A model generated the notes under the pieces. It was not told the origin of the DNA, did not search any database, and worked only from the letters and a program-made list of their open reading frames with translations. Of a stretch of 10,020 nucleotides of DNA, positions 1-8,201 are shown one piece after another (positions within the stretch are counted from its first letter, which is position 1; the number at the start of each line of letters is the position of its first letter). This stretch comes from Octopus sinensis (taxonomy: Eukaryota). The position numbers and the translations under genes were made by a program. The DNA lies in NCBI RefSeq assembly GCF_006345805.1, contig NW_021827626.1:1-10020 (forward strand), given 5' to 3'.

Positions 1-28
1 CGAAGAGCTCCGCTCGAAACGTCATACC
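1..28 (+). ncRNA. 3' portion of a minimal type I hammerhead ribozyme (Penelope-like element type), truncated by the window start
   Basis: C1-G2-A3 fits N7-G8-A9, followed by one extra A. Stem II is GAGC(5-8)/GCTC(12-15) with loop TCC. GAAA at 16-19, palindromic ACGT at 19-22 as stem III, and GUC cleavage triplet at 21-23. The CUGA box and the stem I 5' strand would lie upstream of base 1 and cannot be seen. Confidence 0.6.
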
Positions 29-118
29 TCCCTGCTTCCATTTCCTGAGCGCCTATTAATAATAATACTGTAATTGTTCCATTGTTGTTGTTTTTTTGTT
101 TCCCGTTTGGATTAAAAT

Positions 119-128
119 TATATATATA

Positions 129-162
<34 letters not shown>

Positions 163-189
163 TAATATATATATATATATAATAATATA
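119..189. repeat. (TA)n microsatellite
   Basis: Interrupted TA run read directly. Confidence 0.97.
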
Positions 190-1159
190 CTGGTATTTGC
201 ACTACTTAAAATAAACTGCTTAGATTATAATTTAATTAATATATAGTTAGCATGTTCTTTTACCTCAGTACTCCTTTATTAAATACCAGTATATACCAAT
301 TGATCAATATTCACAGATACCATCTGATCGTAAGTTAATATTTAAGTAAAAATATGAATAAATATTAAGTATATAATATGAATAAATATTAAACTATTTC
401 TAGATAATTTCTTTCCCTCCTTCTATTGTGGTAAAAGTTTGGTATATACTCAAAATAATTAAAAAATTTTCAATTATTCAAAAATTATTCAAAACCTTTT
501 TATCCTTTTGTTATAATATTCTTCTTAATAATCATCTGAATAACCCTAAACTTTAACTTTATACAATATAGCAATATTGTTATATTTAACTTTAGTACTA
601 TATGATAATATTTCCCCTGTTTCATTATCAATGGTCTGCTAGTGTCCGGCCCCTTTAATTGTCAGCTAACATCCTGATATAAGTTTTCCTCTACCAAATC
701 TCATGATATTGCTTCTAATAAATCTTGATTGTTTTTTATAACTATACCCACCATGATTTCTGTCGACTCCCTCAGCCTTACCCCTAACAGACACTGTCCC
801 TGTTCTCTTGGGCCTTAGATATACAAGGATTTGATAAAACTAGTCTATAAATTAAAACTGACCCCTTAAAACAGTGACAAGCAAAATCTGTAACAAGTCT
901 TTTTTCCTGACACCTTAGCTTCTAAGCTGAAGTGAAGACAGCATGTTCTTTGTCTATCTCCTTAACGTCTTGGAGATTTTAGGTAAAATTATACTAATGT
1001 GTCCATCTGTTTTAATTTAATTAAATTCTATATCTTTGTGCCGCTGAGGATTGCTTTGCATTTAAATTGATGTAATGGTTGCATTGCTCAATTAAATGGA
1101 GTTGCGTGAAACGATCTTACTGCATTACCTTCTGAATATCCTTGTTGCTTATTTTGATT

Positions 1160-1160
1160 T

Positions 1161-1209
<49 letters not shown>

Positions 1210-1316
1210 TATGTATGTATGTATGTATGTATGTATGTATGTATTTATGTATATATATGTATACATGTGTTGAGGTAAGTATATATATATATATATATTA
1301 TATATATATATATATA
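1160..1316. repeat. compound (TA)n/(TATG)n microsatellite
   Basis: Read directly; explains ORF 1096-1278. Confidence 0.96.
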
Positions 1317-1384
1317 CACGTGCTTCGCTATATGTACGTGTAAAGTGGGTTGATTTACTTATCTATGCGTATGTATGTGGGTGT

Positions 1385-1407
1385 ATATATATATATATAT
1401 ATATATA
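1385..1407. repeat. (TA)n microsatellite
   Basis: Read directly. Confidence 0.95.
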
Positions 1408-1856
1408 CCCACATATGCGAGAGGGTGTACATATAAATGGGATTTATTCCATATCAATCACAGATTTTTTAATTAATCTTAACTAAACAGTTTGAAACTT
1501 CGTACACTGGTAAAATTTCTCACGTAGAACACGGTTTACTCTGAACGTTTTGGATAAAATTTCATATTTTAGAAGTTATTTCGTGTTAAAGTTGTCGTAT
1601 TTGGGTAATTTCAACCAATCGACGTGTATTCGGTTGAAGAAAGCTACTGCTGTTTGTGATAGTAATCGAAGAGGAGCAACTTCAGGATCACCTCTACTAA
1701 ATGTCACCACTCTGTTCTGTTCGTATGGCGAGCGAAGATGATGCCACCTTTATCCTTTCTTTCTTTCTAGTCAGCACAGTACATTCCTTACTCTTTTCCT
1801 CCCTTCTACACTATCAACTAGCAACCTGCGAGCGAACTTGTTACTTCCACTACAAT

Positions 1857-1883
1857 TACCGTATTTTCTGGTGTGTAAGCCGC
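1857..1883 (+). mobile_element. solitary Tc1/mariner (Tc2/pogo-like) terminal inverted repeat remnant
   Basis: TA followed by CCGTATTTTCTGGTGTGTAAGCCGC resembles the TA-CCGTATTT..TAAGACGC ends of TcMar-Tc2 elements. No partner end was found in the window. Confidence 0.3.
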
Positions 1884-1980
1884 TATTTGTTTTGTGTTTA
1901 CCTTCATGCTTTGATAATGTTATTTTTTTTTATCTAATAAAGACTTTTACATTGACGAAATGTGTTCGTTGTTGACTATA

Positions 1981-1982
<2 letters not shown>

Positions 1983-2020
<38 letters not shown>

Positions 2021-2044
2021 TTATTTTTATGTATGTATATATAT
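1983..2044. repeat. (TA)n microsatellite with degenerate tail
   Basis: Read directly. Confidence 0.93.
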
Positions 2045-2051
2045 GAATAAA

Positions 2052-2098
2052 TGTCAGTGAACAGGTCTCGGTCTCAAAGCGACGGAAATATTTTGACA
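2052..2098 (+). ncRNA. hammerhead-ribozyme-like motif with swapped G3-C8 core (probably a decayed copy)
   Basis: Stem I TGTCA(2052-2056)/TGACA(2094-2098). Core GTGAACA(2057-2063) plus an extra G. Stem II GTCTC(2065-2069)/GCGAC(2079-2083) with one mismatch. GGAA(2084-2087) in place of GAAA. Palindromic stem III AATATT(2087-2092), with U2093 at position 17. Confidence 0.5.
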
Positions 2099-2242
2099 AA
2101 TTAAATTTAAATGTTGAAGTGAATCTAATGGTTTTTGCGTGTTTTTAAATGGCTTATACACACCTTTCAAGCTGCAATTGTTTTTGTTTCAGCACACGAT
2201 CTCAGATCAGGTCACTTGCTATGCAAGTACATCTCCGTAATA

Positions 2243-2287
2243 TGTATGTCTGTCTGTCTGTATGTATGTATGTATGTATGTATGTGT
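2243..2287. repeat. (TGTC)n/(TGTA)n microsatellite
   Basis: Read directly. Confidence 0.93.
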
Positions 2288-2291
2288 AAGC

Positions 2292-2546
2292 AAGCGTGGT
2301 TGTGTAGTAAGAAGCTTGCCTCTCAACCACATTGTTCCGGGTTCAGTACAACTGCATGGCACCTTGGGCAAGTGTCTTCTACTATAGCCACGGGCCAACC
2401 AAAGCCTTGAGAGTGAATTTGGTAGCCGAAAACAGAAAGAAACTGTGGTATATATATATATATATTAGTCGGTTTGTTCGACTAATAATTCTTCAAGGTG
2501 GTACCCCAGTATGGCAGCAGTTTGATGGCTGAAACAAATAAAAGAG
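2292..2546 (+). mobile_element. tRNA-derived SINE (cephalopod/octopus-type) with internal deletion
   Basis: A-box-like TGGTTGTGTAGT, B-box-like GGGTTCAGTAC, and the CCTTGGGCAAGTGTCTT motif. Internal TA run at 2448-2464. The 3' tail (AAGGTGGTACCCCAGTATGGCAGCAG...CTGAAACAAATAAAAGAG) aligns by eye with the copy at 6561-6920. Confidence 0.88.
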
Positions 2547-2686
2547 AAACATTAAAAGACACATATAATGAGTAGCACAAATGATGAAACGCACACAAAA
2601 ATATACACATCTTTGTTTTTTTTTCCTGCCGCCGAGAAACATAGTAGGATATATTTATGTCAGTTAGGATATTTTTATAGTTGCTT

Positions 2687-2763
2687 TTAGCTTTGACGTT
2701 ATTTTCGTGTAGTTGTCATATTATATACGAACGAATATATCTGTTCACCGTCAAATGTGCTAA
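2687..2763 (-). ncRNA. second hammerhead-like motif with G3-C8 core, stem II disrupted
   Basis: Minus strand reads UUAGC-ACA-UUUGACG GUGAACA G ...35 nt... C GAAA AUAA CGUCAAA-GCUAA. Stem I is 7 bp + 3-nt bulge + 5 bp and the core boxes match the 2052 motif. There is no proper stem II closure, and U16.1 is absent. Confidence 0.33.
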
Positions 2764-2953
2764 GATATTCGAATGGTTTTCTTTCCTTTTGATCGATAAA
2801 CCAAGATTTTGGTTAATTGTTTTGGCTCTTTTATATTAAAATGTTCCGAATATATACACTAACGTAATATTATAGATATTAATACCGGCAGACGGATTGA
2901 TTTATTAAGATAAGAGTTTGAATTAATTTCAGATGTGAATGAGTGTGTTAACT

Positions 2954-3012
2954 GATAGAGAGAAAGAGGGAGAGAGAGAGAGGAGGAGAGAGAGAGGAGG
3001 AGAGAGAAGAGA
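2954..3012. repeat. (GA)n/(GGA) purine microsatellite
   Basis: Read directly. Confidence 0.95.
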
Positions 3013-3029
3013 ATAGATAATATGACTAT

Positions 3030-3085
3030 ATAATATGCGTGTGTTAATACATACATATATGCATATACGTATATATAGATATGTA

Positions 3086-3116
<31 letters not shown>

Positions 3117-3310
3117 TTATATCTATTTATATATATGATTATATATATATAATATATATATATATATATAGTATATATATATATATATATAATATATATA
3201 TATTTTATAGATATGTATATATAAATAATTTATAAGTATACAATATGCATATGTATAAGTATATTTTTCATATATATATATACTATATACAGACATGTAT
3301 ATATATATAT
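3030..3310. repeat. long degenerate (TA)n tract
   Basis: Read directly; explains ORF 3035-3235. Confidence 0.96.
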
Positions 3311-3349
3311 TAAACTCTTAATTTAAGATCAAGGAGACCCAAATCTAAA

Positions 3350-4175
3350 GAGAACTCAGTATGTGTTATGTAGATAACTGCTGTGCGAATAATTATATCT
3401 AATAGATTTATTGATCGCAGCAAAGAGTCTGTGCTTTTGGTGCTTTACTTGATGAAGGAGTTGAACCATGCAGCCTACAGGTGATGATGGAAAACAGTTG
3501 TAACCTAGCTAAGTCTAGATCCCCACATTACTCTCCGAGTTCCCTGAAAGATCCCCAGAGTCTGCTCCTCCAGTTGGACGTGTTTCTGTACCTTTAATAG
3601 TCATCTCTTTCATTTCTTCATTACTGATCCGAGGATCAAATTTGAACTGCTGCTTCTGAGACTAGTGATTGTGTTTTGTATTACAACAGATGGGGTTATC
3701 TAGGTCTCCCAGATCGTCAACGAACTCAGCCTGTATGAGTCTTCCCTATCACTATTCGGTGCCTAGAATTATATAATTATAATCATCCAGCGTCAGGCTT
3801 ACGGATGATTTAAGCCTGTGGGAGGTGCAATAGACGTTATTTTTGAGCCACGCTAAGAATTCCCTGGTGTTACCATATCACCAATAACGAAGTCATAGAA
3901 AGGACAGGACTGGGTAACCTAAGGGTTATCATCACCGTGAAAGAGGGAAGGCCACTCATACAGGAAGAAGCCAGCAAGAGCATCTCGCGAGTGGAAGTCA
4001 AGTGGTGGGTGTAGGAAGGTGATACAGACATCAAAATTTGATTGAGATTTGTGGAGGAGATCTAAGTAGATAAAGACCTGGCCTGAGGTTTGGTTCGTGA
4101 CAGAACTTGCGACAGTTCTTGATCGAGATCTTTTGTCGAGAAATGCTTTGTGCTGTGAGGGAATAAAATAGGATC
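3350..4175 (+). mobile_element. decayed RTE-clade LINE, 3' part of the reverse transcriptase ORF (pseudogene)
   Basis: Manual translation with stops and frameshifts: YVDN (~3367-3378, possible YADD remnant), LDVFLYL (~3575-3596, F-YLG motif), ELSLYESSLSLFGA* (~3722-3766, KLRLY..LLYG-E motif), LRIPWCYHITNNEVIERTGLGNLRVII (3853-3933), PARASREWKSSGG, and ELATVLDRDLLSRNALC (DR..W..ALC end). The order is collinear with RTE RT C-termini. Support is strongest at 3710-4170. Confidence 0.75.
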
Positions 4176-4292
4176 ATGACTATGGCTTTCGCCAGTACAC
4201 AAAAAACACAACATAAACTAATGTTTTTTTTTTTAATCTTTGAATGCAGCAAAAATATAATGCTGTGTGCCTGTGTGTATGTATGTATGTAT

Positions 4293-4398
4293 GTGTGTGT
4301 GTGTCTGTGTAAAATTATTTCAGAACATACCATGTGCGTTTGTGTGTGTGTGTGTGTCTGTGTAAAATTATTTCAGAACATTTCATGTGCGTTTGTGT
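4293..4398. repeat. two-copy 53-bp tandem duplication embedded in (GT)n
   Basis: CTGTGTAAAATTATTTCAGAACAT starts at 4305 and again at 4358, each followed by CATGTGCGTTTGTGTG. Confidence 0.9.
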
Positions 4399-4413
4399 GC
4401 GTGCGTGTGTGTG

Positions 4414-5151
4414 TACGATGATTGTTCCAAAACTAATACTCAAGTGAACATATTCTTATACAAGCTAATACATGCCGTTCAAGTTGCACATGTTTGTACA
4501 GTGGCTCTTCCTTTACTCAAAGTTGTTTCTCAAAATAGTCTCCATCACAAATGGTGCATTCGCACCAACGTTGAACCCAAGTTCAGATATGCTCTGTCGT
4601 ACCATTTCTTCACAACCTCGTCTACATCATCAAATTATTGTCCTCAAACCTATTTTTCATTGGACGGAATAAGTGACAGTCGAAGAACATCAGATTCGGG
4701 CCATAGTGAAGGTCTGAGAGCACTAAGCAGCCTAATTTACTGATTGCGCGATTTGTCACCAAAAGTGTGTGGTCGGAGATTTCCATGTTGAATGTGTATC
4801 GCTTTCAACATTTTGTTTGGTCTTTTCCTCTTAATGGTTTCTCTACAATTTTAGTGCCTCGGTGTGCCATTCGCTGATCACTGTGTAGTCACGTTCCAGA
4901 GAATCAAAGAGAATGATGCCCTTGTCATCATCCAAAACATGACTTTTTGTGCTGATCTCTGACTCTTGAACTTCTTAGATGTTGGAAAGACGGTATAACC
5001 CCATTCCACCGCCTGAGCTTTTGTCATCGGATCAGAAAGGTACGGCAACGTTTCATCCCCTGTGAAGAGATTCGAAAAACTCTTGTCTTCATTGGCTCCA
5101 AATGCTTCCAGTAAATGAGAGCAGGCCTCCACCATTCTCTCTCATAAACCG
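4414..5151 (-). mobile_element. 5'-truncated mariner (DD34D, probably irritans/Hsmar2-like) transposon fossil
   Basis: TA + CGATGATTGTTCCAAAACT at 4414 resembles a CGAGGG..TTCAAAAA mariner TIR, and the catalytic-domain remnants lie on the minus strand. No left TIR or WVPxxL motif was seen. Confidence 0.88.
4517..5151 (-). pseudogene. mariner transposase catalytic-domain pseudogene
   Basis: TGDET at 5049-5063, DPMTKAQAVEW..PTSKKFKSQRSAQKVM, IKRKRP, HGNLRPH at 4767-4787 (HDNARPH with D to G), YGPNLMFFDCHLF at 4667-4705 (YSPDLAPSDYHLF), and RWCEC..DGDYFEK ending in a stop at 4517. D2-D3 spacing is 103 nt against 105 expected for D34D, implying a frameshift. Confidence 0.92.
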
Positions 5152-5777
5152 TGTCTTCATTGGCTCCAAATGCTTCAAGTAAATCAGAGCAGGCTTCCAC
5201 CCGTCTCTCATAGAAATCGTGTCTTCCTTGGCGTCAAATGATTCCAGTAAATGAGAACAGGCTTCCACCCGTCTCTCCTAGAAATCGTGTCTTCATTGGC
5301 TCCAAATGCTTCCAGTAAATGAGAACAGGCTTCCACCCGTCTCTCATAGAAATCGTGTCTTCATTGGCTCCAAATGTTTCCAGTAAATGAGAACAGGCTT
5401 CCACCCGTCTCTCCTAGAAATCGTGTCTTCATTGGCTCCAAATGTTTCCAGTAAATGAGAACAGGCTTCCACCCGTCTCTCCTAGAAATCGTGTCTTCAT
5501 TGGCGTCAAATGATTCCAGTAAATGAAAGCAGGCTTCCACCCGTCTCTCCTAGAAACCGTGTCTTCATTGGCGTCAAATGCTTCAAGTAAATCAGAGCAG
5601 GCTTCCACCCGTCTCTCCTAGAAATCGTGTCTTCATTGGCGTCAAATGATTCCAGTAAATGAGAACAGGCTTCCACCCGTCTCTCATAGAAATCGTGTCT
5701 TCATTGGCTCCAAATGTTTCCAATAAATGAGAACAGGCTTCCACCCGTCTCTCCTAGAAATCGTGTCTTCATTGGCT
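5084..5777. repeat. 68-bp minisatellite, 10.2 copies
   Basis: Units start at 5084, 5152, 5220, 5288, 5356, 5424, 5492, 5560, 5628, 5696 and 5764 (partial). Consensus TGTCTTCATTGGCTCCAAATGCTTCCAGTAAATGAGAACAGGCTTCCACCCGTCTCTCCTAGAAATCG. Confidence 0.98.
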
Positions 5778-5960
5778 TCATAGGACAATTTTATAGTTTG
5801 GAGGTTTTATATTTTTCTAAGAGGGCCAAATTTAGGGAATGTTTTCAAGCAGGGCGAAGAATAGTTTGGGTACGTTAAGGGCGAAGTAGGAGTGGAACCA
5901 GATAACCTCCCGGATTCTAGCTCGTTTAATCCGATCAGCGGGGTAACTGGGTGGCGATAC

Positions 5961-6035
5961 CTTTTATTTGTTTCAGTCATTTAACTGCAGCTATGCTGGG
6001 TCACCGCCTTGAAAAACAGTATCTTGTGACCCCGG
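5961..6035 (-). mobile_element. solo 3' tail of the same SINE family (5'-truncated insertion)
   Basis: The reverse complement AAGGCGGTGACCCAGCATAGCTGCAGTTAAATGACTGAAACAAATAAAAG matches the tails at ~2495-2546 and ~6870-6920. Confidence 0.85.
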
Positions 6036-6306
6036 AAACAAGTAACATATAAGATATATCGCTTTTGTTTTCGCTAACAGAAATATAATTATAGTTATAA
6101 TAGGTAATAGTAACATATTCCTGGGTTTTCTGAGACTTATTCCATTCCAACATTTAGAGAAATGCGTTGGCTTCGAATTCTTTAAATTTTAGAATTTTAG
6201 TTCGTAATTCATTTAACGGTTTGACGATAATATCTTTCGCGTTTAAACGAATTAAGACCTAAAACATCGAACGTATGAGGGCTTCCAACGATATATGTGA
6301 GAAAAA

Positions 6307-6560
6307 GATATATATATATATATATATGTGTGTGCCACAGAGAGAAAGAAAAAGAGAAAGAGGAAGAGAGAGAGGGGGGAGAGAGTGAAAAGTGTATGTC
6401 TGTGCATGTATGAATACTTCCATACACAAGCACATATTCACATACACAAGCGCCACACAGACACATACACACACACACACACATACACACACACACACGC
6501 ATATATATGTATTTATATATATGGTTTTGTATATATGTGTATGACATACACACACATATA
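6307..6560. repeat. compound (TA)n/(GA)n/(CA)n microsatellite block
   Basis: Read directly; explains ORFs 6209-6598, 6259-6630 and 6328-6561. Confidence 0.93.
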
Positions 6561-6920
6561 GGTGTGGCTGTGTGGTAAGGAGCTTGCTTCCCAACCACAT
6601 GGTTCCGAATTCACTCCCACTGCGGGGCACCTAGGGTAAGTATGCTCTTTTACAGTCACAGGCCAACCAAAGGCTTGTGAGCGGATTTGGTAGACGGAAA
6701 CTGAAAGAAGCCCGTCGTGTGTGTGTGTGTGTGGTGTGTGTGTGTGTGTGTGTGTGTCCTATCACAGCTTCACAACCGCTGCTAGTATGTCTACACCCCC
6801 GTAAACCAATGGTTCAGCAATAGAGACCGATAGAAAGTCTTGGGGTCGATTTGATCGGCTAAAACCCTTCGAGGCCATGCCCCAGCATGGCCGCAGTCAA
6901 ATGACTGGAACAAGTAAATT
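6561..6920 (+). mobile_element. near full-length tRNA-derived SINE (cephalopod/octopus-type)
   Basis: A box TGGCTGTGTGGT, degenerate B box CCGAATTCACTCC, body ...GGATTTGGTAGACGGAAACTGAAAGAAGCCCGTCG, internal (GT)n at 6718-6757, and 3' tail GGGGTCGATTTG...CCAGCATGGCCGCAGTCAAATGACTGGAACAAGTAAA. Collinear with 2292-2546. Confidence 0.9.
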
Positions 6921-7010
6921 TATACATATATATACATACATACAGACGTACATACATACATACTTGCATACATATATACATACATATATACATACTTATT
7001 TATATTATAT
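6920..7010. repeat. (TACA)n/(TA)n microsatellite at the SINE 3' end
   Basis: Read directly. Confidence 0.93.
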
Positions 7011-7136
7011 AGAGGGCATTATTACATATAAATGCCACACGCTAGGACGGACTCTTAAAGTCAAAACTACTAAAATAAATAAACATATCGTGCCGGATGC
7101 AACTCTCGAAGCAAGTCATTTAAAAACAGAATTCAG

Positions 7137-7198
7137 CTGCAGATCACTGTGGTTTCGTAGTCAGTGCTGTGGTTTGCACTCTTCACTCATCAGTGCAA
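7137..7198 (-). ncRNA. type I hammerhead ribozyme with canonical core
   Basis: Minus strand reads UUGCA CUGAUGA GUG-AAG-AGUGC-AAACCACA-GCACU-GAC-UAC GAAA CCAC-A-GUGA UC^ UGCAG. Stem I is 5 bp. Stem II is 3 bp + 3x3 internal loop + 5 bp. Stem III is a near-palindrome with one C-A mismatch. Predicted cleavage falls between 7142 and 7141. Confidence 0.72.
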
Positions 7199-7511
7199 GT
7201 ATAATTCAAGATTTATAATGAATGAACAAAAACAACATACCAGACGAACAACTATCGTATCCACCGTAGTATATAGAACTGTTCACCCCTTATACATCTA
7301 TGTAAATGGCGGGCTTTTTCGAATTGCATTCCGGTAACAACGTGCTTATTCGGAATAAAAATTCGGTATTGAATATACTCCGGTTAAATTTATAATTTAA
7401 AAATAGGATAAAATCTTCATAAGAATTTTTATCAAGTAGTAAGCGTGAAAAACCTGATACAAACGTGAGTAAACAAAAGACAAAATATACAATATTCAAG
7501 CAGACAGTAGA

Positions 7512-8135
7512 TAGTGGTGGCGGTGGCAACGGTGACGAAGACAGTATGGGTGTTTTGGTGGTGGTAATGGTTGATGATGTTGGTATGGGTACCAGTAGTG
7601 GTAACTGTGTGGATGGTAGTTGCTGTAAAAATATTGTTGTGTCTATGAGTAATGGTACAGATAGTATGGGTAGTAGTAGCAGTGATGTTAATGGTCATGG
7701 TAGGGATAGTGGTGGTGGTAGTGGTGTGATGGTGGTTGGGTGGTGTTTGTGGTTGTTGTTGGTGGTTATGGTGATGGTAATGACGTTGATGATTGTTGTA
7801 GTGACAGCGGTGATGGTGTGGTAGCGGGGGTGGTTGTGGTGGTCGTGGTAATAGTGGTGATTATAGTGATGGTGGTGGTAGTGGTGAAGGTGGTGGTGAT
7901 GACAGAGGTGATGGATGTGGTGGTGGTGGTGGTTGTTGTTGGTGGTGGTGGTGGCGATGGTAGTGCTAGAAGCGATGGCGATTGTGGTGGCGGAGGTGCA
8001 TGTGACATTGGCGATGGCAGCGATGCTGTTATTGTTGATAGTAATAGTGCTGATGGCAATGATGGTGATGATAGTTGTTGGTGGTGGTGGTAGTGATGGT
8101 TGTAGTAATGGTAGTCGTGGTGGGTTGGGCGGGGA
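7512..8135. repeat. degenerate GGT/GAT/GTT trinucleotide low-complexity tract
   Basis: Read directly; generates Val/Gly- and Thr/His-rich spurious ORFs on both strands. Confidence 0.93.
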
Positions 8136-8201
8136 CCGGCAACTGTTGTGATTGTATGCAAGATACAAAACCGTCTAGAGTTCAAACTACAAAATCTCCC
8201 T

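Noticed and set aside
492-1160. Minus-strand frame of about 220 codons without TGA, open if TAA/TAG were reassigned
   Set aside because: It contains about 13 TAA/TAG codons, as expected for random AT-rich DNA, and no recognisable protein motif; the host context gives no reason for a variant genetic code.
1440-1660. Segment reminiscent of a common non-autonomous DNA-transposon-like repeat (TTTGAAACTT, AACCAATC motifs)
   Set aside because: The resemblance is from memory only; no TIR, target-site duplication or second copy is visible in the window.
2292-2375. tRNA gene at the SINE heads (also 6561 and 9000)
   Set aside because: Only A/B-box remnants are present with no complete cloverleaf, and each continues into SINE body sequence.
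5084-5777. Regularly spaced direct repeats suggesting a CRISPR array
   Set aside because: The units are contiguous 68-bp near-identical copies with no unique spacers, the context is eukaryotic, there are no cas genes, and the unit derives from the transposase.
6273-6305. TATGAGGGCTTCCAACG as the missing left TIR of the mariner
   Set aside because: It has the same orientation as the 4414 end rather than inverted, and the similarity is weak.
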